A stretch of DNA of 64,000 bases from Anthoceros angustus (GCA_010909165.1 MU008233.1:20383-84382), one strand, 5' to 3'; shown: positions 25,138 through 37,375, counted from the first letter of the stretch. Translations and numbers: made by a program. Notes: generated from the sequence alone by a model not told the origin.

Positions 25138-25925
25138 CGTGGATAGCCAGACTCAAATTCTAGTGTGTATTCTATCAATAAAAAGCAACACCTCCGGGGA
25201 GGTGGCTGCCATCAGCAGGCGGGTGGCCGGGCCAATGGAATGCGGTCACCGCGCGAGTCGTGTACTGTGTCGCAAAGTTCAGACCGTTGAGAATCGTGCA
25301 AATCTCTTTATGGTTTGAGTGCAAATCTCTTTATGGTTTGAGTGCAAGTCTCTTTATGAAGTGAATTGGCGAGGTCCAAGACCGATCGGAAATGAGCAAT
25401 TGTAGCTTCCTTACTGGCTACGTAGAGAGGGGCGTTACTTAAACAATATTTTTTTGCGTTTCCAGATTCCCTAAGAATTTTGTAGGAGTTTATAATGAAG
25501 TAGAGCCGCGGCCGGGCCGGGTGGCATAGAGACCACATGGCATGGAGGTGTTGGAGCCTACTCTGCATGAAGAAGAGGCGGGAGAGCCTGGAGTCTCTCC
25601 AAAGGGAAGAGATGCGTGTCATCTGCCGCCGGGGTAAGTAGTTAGGCCGGGTAAAGCAGGGTAACCGCTGGTGCTGGTGAGGAGAGCCTTGAGTCTCTTA
25701 GAGGGGAGAGATGCGTCTGAGACGACTCTCCAAATGGCTTTAGAGAATGACCGCTGGAGAAGGCCATGGCAGCGCCCTCGTGCGTGAATGGGGGTTGCTT
25801 GTGGGGGCTAGCCGTAAAATCGTGTGTGCGGGGCCCCACTGACTGCGAGAGGGGCATGACCATGTAGTGCATACCCTCTCAATCTATGAATATGTATATA
25901 CCTCCAGACACAAGAACCCGTCACG

Positions 25926-26143
25926 GACCCAACAAGGCAACCCGGTGACGCCAAACCCAACAAGGACCCAACAAGGGCTGGCAACCTGTGTGACGCCAAA
26001 CCCAACAAGGGACCCAACAAGGGCCAGGGCAACCCGGGTGACGCCAAACCCAACAAGGGACCCAACAAGGGCAACCCGGGTGACGCCAAACCCAACAACG
26101 GACCCAACAAGGGCAACCCGGGTGACGCCAAACCCAACAAGGG
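25926..26143. repeat. Minisatellite, ~42-bp unit (gacccaacaagggcaacccgggtgacgccaaacccaacaagg), about 5 copies
   Basis: Directly visible tandem units; they generate spurious repetitive ORFs. Confidence 0.9.
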
Positions 26144-27000
26144 TTACCGCGTCCAGACATAGGGTGTAAAAGTGTAAAACATGTGATGTAAAAGTGTAAA
26201 ACATGTGTTTAACAGTCCGACACACAAAATGCGAACTAGACGGATTGAGACTGAAACTTCTTTGATGTAGGGGGCTGATCCGACCACCGAACCAAAGCAT
26301 TTGCGATGTCTTCAGTAAGATAAGCCTAATAATATACAAACCAAAAGACAAAAATGCCCCGCTCGCAGGACCCCGGTGGCCGATGAATTGCTGGACCGTA
26401 TAGACGATCTCTACGTCATGGATGTTAATGGCAATGTGAGAGACATGACCATGAAGTACACCACCCCCGCACTTGGCCACCTGATTTCTACGGCTAAGCG
26501 CTTGTGGGGGTTGGACTAAGGCTTACTTTGCAAGTGCATGGAGGCATGGAGGCATGGAGCGGGGTTGTAGACTAGATCGGGCTTGCGGGGGCACGGGCCA
26601 AGCTGATGTTCCAAGTCATACGCACACGCACACGCACACGCTGGACTTGGATGCTTACTTTTGGTGACCCTGGGGAAACATGGACTTGGAGCGAGTATTT
26701 TTTGCTCCGGAAATGTAGGTGAGCATGGCAGAGGGCTCGTTCGTGTACGGGATGCTGTCATGTTTAGGTACCTGCTCATGTTTGCTCAAGCATCATCTCT
26801 CCTTCTCCCAAACCCGGTCCTCTTCGCCATGACACCCTCCCGTGCTTCAGAAATTCGTGGAGGCCGGAGGCCAGAGGGAACATCCTCCACCCCAAACACA
26901 GTAATTTGTCATGCTGAGAGCAAGGCCATCCCAACATGCAGAAAAGGGGTTGGGCCTTCCGGGGTTTAACATGCATTGCTTATGGCGGGCTTGCACGCTA

Positions 27001-27146
27001 TGTGGTGTGTGGAACAATGTCATCCACAGCGCCACAGGGAAAGAGGGACGTGGGCACCATTCAGGGTCCCCGCGAACCGAAGATCGAAAACTCCTCCATC
27101 CAGTCCCCGCTGGCTGCCGCCTCCCATCATTTTGAAGGGAATGACA
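27001..27146. repeat. ~146-bp direct repeat flanking the Gypsy element (partner at 32493-32636)
   Basis: tgtggtgtgtggaacaatgtcatccacagcgccacagggaaagaggg...ctcccatcattttgaagggaatgaca is present on both sides of the element. Confidence 0.9.
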
Positions 27147-27148
27147 AA

Positions 27149-30100
27149 AGTAACACCCTCAACGGGTGGGAATACCACGCAGCTTAGAAGTAAAATCAAA
27201 GTAATAAATCAACACTGACACGACTAGGCCTCCAAGTAGCCGCCCTCCTCTTCTAGGAGGACTCAGACAAGACTCTCTTGCCGCTCTTATTCTTAGATCA
27301 CGAGTCAACAAGAACATACAGATGGGAGGGCTAGAGAGAACTCCCCATCTTTGCCTAAGCTAGGAGCTTAGCTCTCTCACTTGACCTCCTCCCAAAGCTC
27401 CTTCACAAGACTCTTCCGTGCTTAGCAAGCAACAAGTGCTCTCAAGGCGCAACCCAAGCAACAAGTGCTCTCAAGGTTGAACAATGCCTTTAGCCCAGGC
27501 AGGTCTCCTTTATACTCAAGCCCTAGCTACAATCTTAGTAACTACTTACTTAAGCTTTAAGCTATTATTTACTACCATACACTTCCTAGGGCTGCATGCT
27601 TAACATGCTCTTAGTCGCTCTTCTAAACATGCCTGCATGGAGCTTTCTTACCAAAGCACTCAAATTTTGTTACTTCCTCCCCACTAGGAAGAATCACTCG
27701 GTGATAACCAGTAACGAGCAATCATCCAGAGCCTTTGGATATCCTCTAATGTTACCCAACCGGTATTGAGATCCCATAACTTTACCATGTATTGTGGTAG
27801 AGTTCCACGCCTCGTAGCCACGCTACTGCAAGGAATTCTTCAATCTCCATTGATCTCGCACGAGGATCTATTTCTTCTGTCCATGTCCTCTTTCTCCTTG
27901 CACAAATGGCTTCAACATTGATACATGAAACACATTGTGTGCAAAAATCCAACAAAAGTCCAACTTATAAGCGACTTCTCCAATGCGCTCAGGACAACAT
28001 AAGGACCTCCATACTTTGGCCTCAACTTTAGAGACAAACCTTGGGGCGTGTGAAATGCTTCAATTTCACCCAAACCTTATCCCCAACATTGAAGACAGCT
28101 TTCTCCTGTGCTTATCGGCATATCTCTTAGGCGTTTGAGCCTTGGCTAATATCTTTTGGCAATCTCATGCCTAGCCTTCAAGCTCAACAAATTGGCGTGG
28201 ATCTCGTGGTAGTATCGAAAACTTCAGATTTAGCATGGATACTACATCCGTGAGTTCCACTCATCTCAAAGGGACTATATCCCAAGGAGCTATGCGTGTT
28301 ATTGTAACAAAACTCCATCATCAAGATGATCAAATCTCTCGATCAATCGCACATAGTGCCTCAAGTATTCTTCTTGGATTCGGTTGACTCGCTCTGTTAG
28401 CCCATCGATTCTGGATGGTATGCGACTCATGCATAAGCGCACATTCAAACTTCTCATCAAGTGCTGAAAATTCTCCGTGAATCTTGGATCTCTATCACTC
28501 ACAATCGCGGGCAAGCCATGATACTTGTACACATACTTCTTGAACAAGTTGGCCTCGGCTCACCGCTTCTTGGTGGGGATGAAGTGCGCTTGTGGTGAAC
28601 CTATCCACCATCACATGATAGTGTATAACCATTCTTTGAGGCAAAGGCATGATGAAGTCCATAGAAATACTTTTCCATGGCCCTCTTGGAATAGGTGAAC
28701 AAACCTCTTGGTTTAGCCTTTGTTCTACCTTATCCTGGCGACAAACAGCATGCCTTGACATAGTCTAATGTATCTTGATACATTCCTCGCCAAGAAACGA
28801 CTTCTTCAACTTCTCATAAGTTGAATCACCTCCACGTGACCAGACTTGGCACATCATGACATTCAAGTAACTTCTTCTTCAAGCCCTGAGTTAGGAATCA
28901 CAACTCTCTGTTGTATATCAACAAACCATCTACGAGTTTGAACTTGCTTCCTTTCTCGCCACCCCATTCATCCATCGCACTCGGATCAGATAAGCTTCCT
29001 TAATCTCTTTGTGAGTATCCACAGCTCAATCACACTTGCCATTGCCTTTCCTTGACTCTTTGCGACTCAACGATCCGCAACCTTATTCTCCTTTCCGGGT
29101 TTGTATTTGAGTCACATCATACATAGCTAGGAATCACGCCATCTAGCTTGCCTCGCATTCAACTTCAATGGTTGGAGAAGTATGTTGTCGATATTATCGA
29201 TCTGACAAAAGACCTACCCAAGAGATAGTGCCTCCAAGCCTTTTGCGGTGGATGAGTCATTTCCTTCTCATAGGTGGGATACTTCATCTCATAAGGATGC
29301 AACTTCCTTGACTCAAAAGCTAACGGCTTTTGGTCCATCAAAACTCCACCTATAGCCATGTCCGAGGCATCACAATACACTTCTACATCTTTCTTGGGGT
29401 CATACATTCCCAACAGGAGTAGTACTCAACTTCTCTTTCAAGTATTCAAAGAGCTTGACAATCAGATCCCACTTCCAAGCTTTTGATGTCTTCAAGAGGT
29501 CGTTATGGGGCTGCTATCTTAGCAAACATATGTACAAACCTCCTACACGAAGCCAAACCCATAAAGCTCGTACCTCATGAATGTTGAGGGCCAATCTTGA
29601 ATGGCTTTAACTTTATCGGATCCATCCCGATGCCCTCGGCAGAGACAATAAAACCTAAGAATGGAATCTACTGTCTTGGCAAATCACACTTCTTGATTGC
29701 CAAGAACAAAGAATTCTCTCTTAGCTTTTGTAACACTTCTCTTAAGTGTTGACATGTTCCTCAAGGTATGGCTAAAGATCAAAATGTCATCCGGATAGAT
29801 TACAACACACTTGTCCACGGATCTATGAATATAGTATTCATAAGTGTCGAAATGGCAGTGCATTAGTAAGTCCAAATGGCATGACCAGAATTCAAAAGCC
29901 CCATACACGGTCCTACAAGCTTTTGTACTCATGCCCTCGCAATCCGATCGATAGTACCGCCATCGGATCCACGGTGAAATACTTGGCACCCTTCAACTGT
30001 CGAACATATCATCCATTCTAGGCAAAGGATATGCATTCTTGATTGTAATCGAGACGTAATCCGGACACAATCGAGTCCTCCATTCTTTTGCGTGAACAAT

Positions 30101-32490
30101 ACGCACCAAAAGGAGACTTAGAAACTCGACATATCCCTTTGCCAGTTGGATAGTTGTCGCTTGAGTTCTTGCAACTCATCCGTGACAATCTATACGGTGC
30201 TCTTGAAGGAGGCGTACTCCACGGCTTCAATTCAATCTCATGATCTACTACTGCGAGACGGCAATGGTGGCAACTCATCGGCATCAAATCCTTGAACTCA
30301 TCCAAGATAGCTTGTACTTTTGGGATGTCTTTCACCTCTGGAATCTTCTTCTAGACCATCCTCTAGTCCTTGGAGTACAACTAAGTATAGCTCCTTCTTT
30401 TCCGAGATCCTTCTTAAGCTCTCTTTTGAAATCAATGTCTTGATGGAGTCTCAAGCTCGCTAACACTAGCACAACTCACCTTGTGCTTCTTGGATATCTC
30501 AATAGTGCGAGACTTAACATCCATATACACTTCATTGGATCTCATCCACGGGCCTAAGATGATATCATGGTCATCCATCTCGAGTGAAACTCATTTCCTT
30601 GCCATGCTTGACTTGCAGCTTTACTCCATGCAATTCACCCGAATTGCGAGTCCCTTTAGCTTGCTTGATTCCATATGGCGTGGAAGTTTCATCCATTCAA
30701 GACCAAGCTCTCTTGCCTTACTAGGAGTTATAAAATTGTGGGTGCAGAATCCAACAACAACTCTACATCTAAGCCATTCATCTTCCCACATATATACATG
30801 AGGTCTCCACCTTTCCTCATTATAGTGTCATCCTTGACACTAGATGACTCACCACATGTCTTCACAACATGTGGCCTGCCACCGGGCTCCTCGGGAAGTT
30901 CTTGAATCCGGCTCTTGGAGCAGTGGATTGGCAGCAACCAAATTCAAGTTGGGAGCTCCAACATGTGGACAATTCCTAGCAAAGTGTCCTGTTCTCCAAT
31001 CGCACACACCGAGCTAGAATCGTGCCGTTCCACGACCCTATCTCCTCTAGCTCGGCCTCGCCGAGTCTCATTGGTTCCACTATTCACGGTGGTAGCTCGT
31101 CCTCGCCTCTAGATCTACCACGAGACCTAGGATATCTTCCTCTTGATACCGGTGCCTCTTGAATAAACATATCCGGTATAGCATCTGCCGCCATGGCCTC
31201 TTGCGTGTTTGAGGATTAGTCAAAGCTATCCTATTTTGAGCCCATCTCTTAAGGCCAGTGATAAACTTGTGGAGTTTGTCCTTTATGCATCTCTGGACAT
31301 TGCAAGACAATAGAGCTAAACTCACTCACATACTCCCGCAAAGTTCCAATATGCTCGACATTGTCGAGCATCCTTCGCGCCAAACTCGCTGCATTAGCGG
31401 GTTGGAAACGGAGTTGCAGTGCTTGCTTGCAGCCTGCCCATGTGAGGATTGTGGCTCTGCAATTGCCTTGCCTTACGTTCTCAACATAAGTCCTCCACCA
31501 AGTAAGAGCATAATCCTCTAAGATATTCGTGACGTGCTTGTACTCATCTTGCGGCACTCATGATTCGAGGTACGCCCAAAGAGAAAAACCAAGAACTGAT
31601 TTTCTACGTCACGCCGCCTTTATAAGTCTTTGGGGCTGTATGCTCACCTCAACTTCTTAGACTTTTGGCGGATCGCTCTCGTGCTCAGCTCCACTTCTTC
31701 CGGCTCTTCTTCAACGAGCCACTTTAATCTCCGATCCATGGCATCAAGTCTCCTCATGATCTTTTGAGCTGGTCCTCTATGGTGGTGCCGGTCCTCTGCT
31801 CAAGTTCCTTCCTCCGTTCTCACAACTCGGACTCGTGGCTCTTCCACGGGCTTTAAGCGGGCCTTATCTTCCGGCGATCCTTTCCACTCTACTTGGCTCG
31901 CAGGATCCGCCATCTCCACTAGCGTACTAGTCAAAGATGCTTCAACCTATGCTCGACACAAGTAACACCCTCAACGGGTGGGGAAAACCACGCAGTTAGA
32001 AGCAAACTAGTAATAAATCAACACGGACACAAGACTAGGCCTCCAAGTAGCCCGCCTCTTCTAGGAGGACTCTGACAAGACTCTTGCCACCGCTTTTATT
32101 CTTAGATCACGAGTCAACAAGAACATATGGAGGGCTAGAGAGAACTCCCCATCTTTGCCTAAGCTAGGAGCTTAGCTCTCTCTTCACTTGACCTCCTCCC
32201 AAAGCTCCTTCACAAGACTCCCTTGGTGCTTCGCCCAAGCAACAAGTGCTCTCAAGGCAACCCAAGCAACAAGTGCTCTCAAGGTTGAACCCGAATCATC
32301 TTTAGCCTGGCAGGTCTCCTTTATACTCAAGCCCTAGCTACAATCTTAGTAACTACTTACTTAAGCTTTAAGCTATTATTTACTACCACACTTCCTAGGG
32401 CTGCATGCTTAACATGCTCTTAGTAAGTCGCTTCTTCTAAACATGCCTCTGCATGGAGCTTTCTGCAAAGCACCTCAAGCCTTTGTTACT
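27149..32490 (-). mobile_element. Full-length Ty3/Gypsy (chromovirus-like) LTR retrotransposon; LTRs 27149-27674 and 31961-32490
   Basis: Two ~530-bp direct LTRs; PPT (agtggggagga, minus) at 27675-27685; degenerate Met-type PBS at ~31948-31960. Minus-strand order gag (ALTWWR), protease (LLLDS), RT (VVIYPDDILIFS), RNase H (YCDASDMAIGGVL, AFESRKL), integrase (ISMDFI, IVSDRDPRFT), GPY motif, chromodomain-like tail. Confidence 0.92.
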
Positions 32491-32492
32491 TC

Positions 32493-32636
32493 TGTGGTGT
32501 GTGGAACAATGTCATCCACAGCGCCACAGGGAAAGAGGGACGTGGGGCACCCTTGAGGTCCCGCCAACCGAAAGACTGGAAACTCCTCCATCCGCCTCCC
32601 GCGGTCGCCCCTCCCATCATTTTGAAGGGAATGACA
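32493..32636. repeat. ~146-bp direct repeat, right copy
   Basis: Matches 27001-27146. Confidence 0.9.
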
Positions 32637-32798
32637 CATTCAGAAGTTATGGTGTTGGCAGAAAAATTAAAAAAAACATACCTTCAAGAAAATAAAATAA
32701 ATATTTGAGCAGAAATTCGCAGGAAAACCCTCATCATTCTGGGGTTAAGCAGGCACTTCCACCCACCAATGAGCACTTGGCCTACTTCTTTATTTTTC

Positions 32799-35749
32799 TC
32801 ACGGTCGGCCCGCCTGGCTGCAACAACCAGCTGCGAATCGATGCACACGGTACCCATCCCTTACAACAATGTCTCTTTGTTCAAGCCTTGACATTATCTC
32901 CGTGGAACTGTGGCAGTCACTGCACATGCGTAGATTCTTCGTTACCACCAGAGGTGTCCCACTCAGTGTTCAAGAGACCAAACGCCAGAGCTAGCTTCTC
33001 AGCATGCCCACAAGCGCATCTTCCTTTTCCTTCTCAGACACTGGCTTCAACACCAACTTTGTGTGAGGTACGTGGCCTCCTTCCTGCTTCAGACGTGCAT
33101 TCGTGCTCTCTACCTTAAGCGCAATATCCTCTCTCCTTTCTCCCACCAAATCTATGTACCTGCTTATTCACCTCAATGCGCCACTGCAGGTTTCTTGTTA
33201 GCTCCTGCCCTTCTCTGTGTTTCAATCCTGTCTACATCGGTCCACCTACCTGCATCTGCGTAGGCATTGGCCATGAGCACATACGCGACGCCTTTGAGGT
33301 CCAGCCTAACAATGCTTTCAAAACACCATCCTCTCTATATCCCCGTGACTTTTGCAGGCATTCAACAAAGACGTCAAGCCCACAACATTACTTTGGCCCT
33401 CACATGATAATAGCATCTTCTCTGCCTCATCTAAATGGCCTGCACGCCCAAGAAGATCAATCATGCAGGTAATGCTCAATAAGGTTTGATGCCATGCTGT
33501 TCAGCCATGGAATCAAAGTGCTTGCGACCCTCGTGGACCAGTCCTCATGACTGCATGCTACTAGAAGGCAAGTAAAGTAGCATCATCAGGCTGAATACCG
33601 GCAACTAACATCTCCTCAAAACAAGCTAGTGCCTTGTGACCTTCATCACAAGTACCATACCCAGATATCAGGGCATTCCATGTCACCACATCCTTTGTGG
33701 CCATGCTGTCAAAAACCTGGCGTGCATCTTCCAGTTCACCACATTTTGCATACATGTCCACCAGGCAGTTGCCCACCACACATCCACTTATCCAGCAGTC
33801 CTCTTTCGACAATCTGTGAGTGCAGCTGCCTGCCCTTCTGTAAGGCACCAGTGCTTGCACAGGCCTTCAGAAGGCAAGCAAAAGTAACATGGTCAGCCAA
33901 AATGAGGCCTCCTCCTCCATTTGTCCATACACAACAAGCGCCTCTTGGCGAGTCCTTGCTGTGCATACCCAGCAATCAGGGCATTCCATGTCACCACATC
34001 CTTTGTGGCCATGTCAAAAACCTGGCGTGCATCTTCCAGTTCACCACATTTTGCATACATGTCCACCAGGCAGTTGCCCACCATACGTCATCCAGCAGTC
34101 CTCTTTCGACAATCTGTGAGTGCAGCTGCCTGCCCTTCTGTAAGGCACCAGTGCTTGCACAGGCCTTCAGAAGGCAAGCAAAAGTAACATGGTCAGCCAA
34201 AATGAGGCCTCCTCCTCCATTTGTCCATACACACAAGCGCCTCTTGGCGAGTCCTTGCTGTGCATACCCAGCAATCAGGGCATTCCATGTCACCACATCC
34301 TTTGTGGCCATGCTGTCAAAAACCTGGCGTGCATCTTCCAGTTCACCACATTTTGCATACATGTCCACCAGGCAGTTGCCCACCAGTACGTCATCCAGCA
34401 GTCCTCTTTGACAATCTGTGAGTGCAGCTGCCTGCCCTTCTGTAAGGCACCAGTGCTTGCACAGGCCTTCAGAAGGCAAGCAAAAGTAACATGGTCAGCC
34501 AAAATCAGGCCTCCTGCTCCATTTGTCCATACACAACAAGCGCCTCATGTAGCCTTGCATACCCAGCTATCAGGGCATTCCATGTCACCACATTCTTTTG
34601 TCATGCTGTCAAAAACCTGGCGTGCATCTTTCAGTTCACCACATTTTGCATACCCAGCAATCAGGGCATTCCATGTCACCACATCCTTTGTGCTGTCAAA
34701 AACCTGGCGTGCATCTTTCAGTTGCCACATTTTGCATACATGTCCACCAGGCAGTTGCCAACAAACAAGTTAGTAGGAATGCCACTGCACCACATCACAG
34801 TGCACTTTTCTGCCAGATTCCAAGTCGGCAAATGCACAAGCTTGAAGGGCAGCTACAAAGACGTGAGCATCCGCTTTCACTCCTGACCTGCGCATTGCAT
34901 GGTACAGTTGTACGGCCTCATTAGGTTTCCCATGCTTAGCGTATGCGGAGATTATGGAAGACCACATGAAGGCATCCGGTTTCCCCACCTGGTGAGCACA
35001 TCCATAGCCTCCTCAAGCTTACCTCCACCTGCATACATGCGCAAGATATGGTTCCCCACATATGTATTAGACTCGTACCCAAGTTTGATACTGAGATCAT
35101 GAACCCGTCGCCCCACAACCACATCCTTCTTAGCTGTACACAGTTTCAGCACAGTGCAAACGAGAGACAGAGAAATAGGTCTGCTGCCAGAGATTCCAGG
35201 GCTCCAACGGCCTCAGAAAGCTTCCCTGCTGACATAACGTGCTCACGGTTCAGCAGCGTTACGACGCCCATTTCCGATCCTGCACGCCGGTTCAGCTTAT
35301 CCGGAGAGCTGGACTTGGAAGGAGAGGCACCATGACCCATCTGCATATCCAAGGAGCTGCTCATCAACCCAAGCTGGCTTAAACATGCTGTTTAACCACA
35401 GCACCTCACCGGATCCCTTACGCCGGAAGTCAGGCGAACGGGAACTCTTCTTATCTCGTCTGTTGTCCCACCACCTGGTAGGGTCCAGAAAAAATTGCTG
35501 CCACAAAGATTGTTGCTCGTGCTCCTGCTCCTGGGAACGACCGGCATCGCTGGAAAACCCGACCCTGCCCACACACTTTCTCGGAAGGGGAGGTGCTGGG
35601 GTCCTTACACAGCTGCACCTGGAGGATTTGTTTGCCAGGGGTTGACTTCCTAAGATGAGGTGAGCGGGAGCCCCTGGTAGAAGCCCTGCACACACATCAA
35701 CTGCAATTTGTTGGGTCGACAACGGGTCCGATTGCCATACTGTGGCCAT
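32799..35749 (-). CDS. PLS-PPR-E-DYW:KP (GRP-type) copy 5 with one N-terminal PDF motif (~35355-35505)
   Basis: ORF 35297-35749 with the full PDF motif, linker ORF 35146-35367, three near-identical ~300-bp PLS triplets, HAEKLA, CSDCH, and GRP* ending at 32799. Confidence 0.87.
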
Positions 35750-36257
35750 CGTTCAGGGAGCGCAGTCGGAAGATGTCTAACAACCGACTATCGGGGATGC
35801 CCAGGTACAGTGCATGACCACACCATACGAGCTGTCACCGATGCCGCAGCGTAAGCAACATAATTGAAGTTTCCTTGGCTGCTGTGCGGATTTTTGCCGT
35901 CCCGAAGTTTTTGCCCCTGGCCAGAACAGGTTCACTGATTTGCACGCTGGTGAAGATTTGTCCGGGGGCAGGCGGGAGGATGGGCGTGGAGACGGGCACA
36001 CAAGGAGGTGGTAGTAGACCTGTCCGAATTGGGAAACGAATGATCTAGCAAACAAAAAACGTTGACGACCGCGCACCGTGAACGGTCATAGCGGCCTATG
36101 CCCATCGGCTCTGCCATGTTCTCCGATGCCCATGTGGCATGTTCTGATTCTTTCAGTGACGACGAGAGGTGCCAGGATCAGGATTAGTCAGGATTGTCCA
36201 GTTTGGACAGGTATAGACTTAAGCAAGCACATTCTCCCTCTCCTCTCCTCATTACTC

Positions 36258-37375
36258 TCACGGTCAACCGGTACAACTGCAACAACCATTTGCGAATCGA
36301 TGCACCCGGTACCCATCCCTGACAACAATCTCTCTGTGTCCAATCCTTGTCATGACCTACGTAGAACTGTGGCAGTCACTGCACATCCGTAGATTCTTCG
36401 TTATCACCAGAGGTGTGCCACTCGGAGTGTTCAAGAGACCAAACGCCAGAGCTATTTTCTCAGCATGCCCACAAAGCACATCTTCTTTTTCCTACTCACA
36501 CAGTGGCTTCAACACCAACTTTGTGTGAGGTACATGGCTTCCTTCCTGCTTCAGACGTGCATTCGTGGTCTCGACCTTGAGAGCAATGTCCTCTCACCTT
36601 TCTCCCACCACACATCTATGTACATCCTTGTTCACCTTAATGGTCGCCACTGCGGGTACCTCAATGGTCGCCACTGCGGGTACCTCAATGGTCGCCACTG
36701 CGGGTTTTTTTAACCTCCTGCTGCCATTCTCAGTTTTTCAATGCTGTCTACATCGGCCCACCTACCTGCATTTGCGTAGGCATTGGCCATGAACACATAC
36801 CCAGATGCCTGCTGAGGGTCCAGTTTAACAATGCTTTTAAAACACCACATCGCCCTCTCTATATCCCCGTGACTCTTGCACGCATTCAAGAAAGAGGTCA
36901 ATCCCACAACATCAAGTTCCGGCCCTCCCATGATAACAACATGTTCTCTGCCTCATCTAAATGGGCCTGCATGAGAGATCAATCAATGATGCAGTGTGTT
37001 ATGATTATCGTCAATGGGGTAGGTTTGATGCCATGCTGTCAATAGCTCAAACATGGAATCAAAGGTGCTTAACTGCGACCCTCGTGGACTGGTCCATGAG
37101 CGGTGACTGCACGCTACTCAGAGGCAACAAGTAAGAGTAGAACCCATCAGGCGGCGATGAATACACCGGCAACTAACATCTCCATCAAAACAAGCTAGTG
37201 CCTTCTGTGACCTGTCACCACATTCCATACCCAGATATCAGGGCATTCTAAGTCACCACATTCTTTGTGTTCATCGTCGTTAAACACTCAAGGCGTGCAT
37301 CTACAGTTCACACGCAGTAATTTGTATACATATCCGCCTGTGCAGTGCCCACCACTACGTTATCCAAGCAGCGGT
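36258..37375 (-). pseudogene. Diverged, truncated PPR-DYW:KP copy 6 (S-P2-L2-S2-E-DYW only)
   Basis: HAEKIA and CSDCH present. Substitution-type stops: TAG in SST*VM at ~36358 and CGA>TGA giving CSCTG*. A 24-bp triplication lies in the KP motif. The 5' part is replaced by a Copia remnant. Confidence 0.8.

Noticed and set aside
25808-26480. Repetitive ORFs (LLGLASPG..., TPNPTRDP..., GFGVTRVA...)
   Set aside because: Translations of a 42-bp minisatellite that is open in several frames.
33660-34700. Regularly spaced direct repeats resembling a CRISPR array
   Set aside because: They are coding PPR repeats with no unique spacers or cas genes, in a eukaryotic context.
1782-34924. Many antisense or alternative-frame ORFs (MVSQNEA..., MPCDLHHK..., [13 protein letters not shown])
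   Set aside because: Shadow frames of the repetitive PPR coding sequence; no independent coding signal.
614-35749. Calling PPR copies 1-5 pseudogenes
   Set aside because: The disruptions are mostly small deletions of the kind also seen in essential genes here, so they are probably assembly errors.
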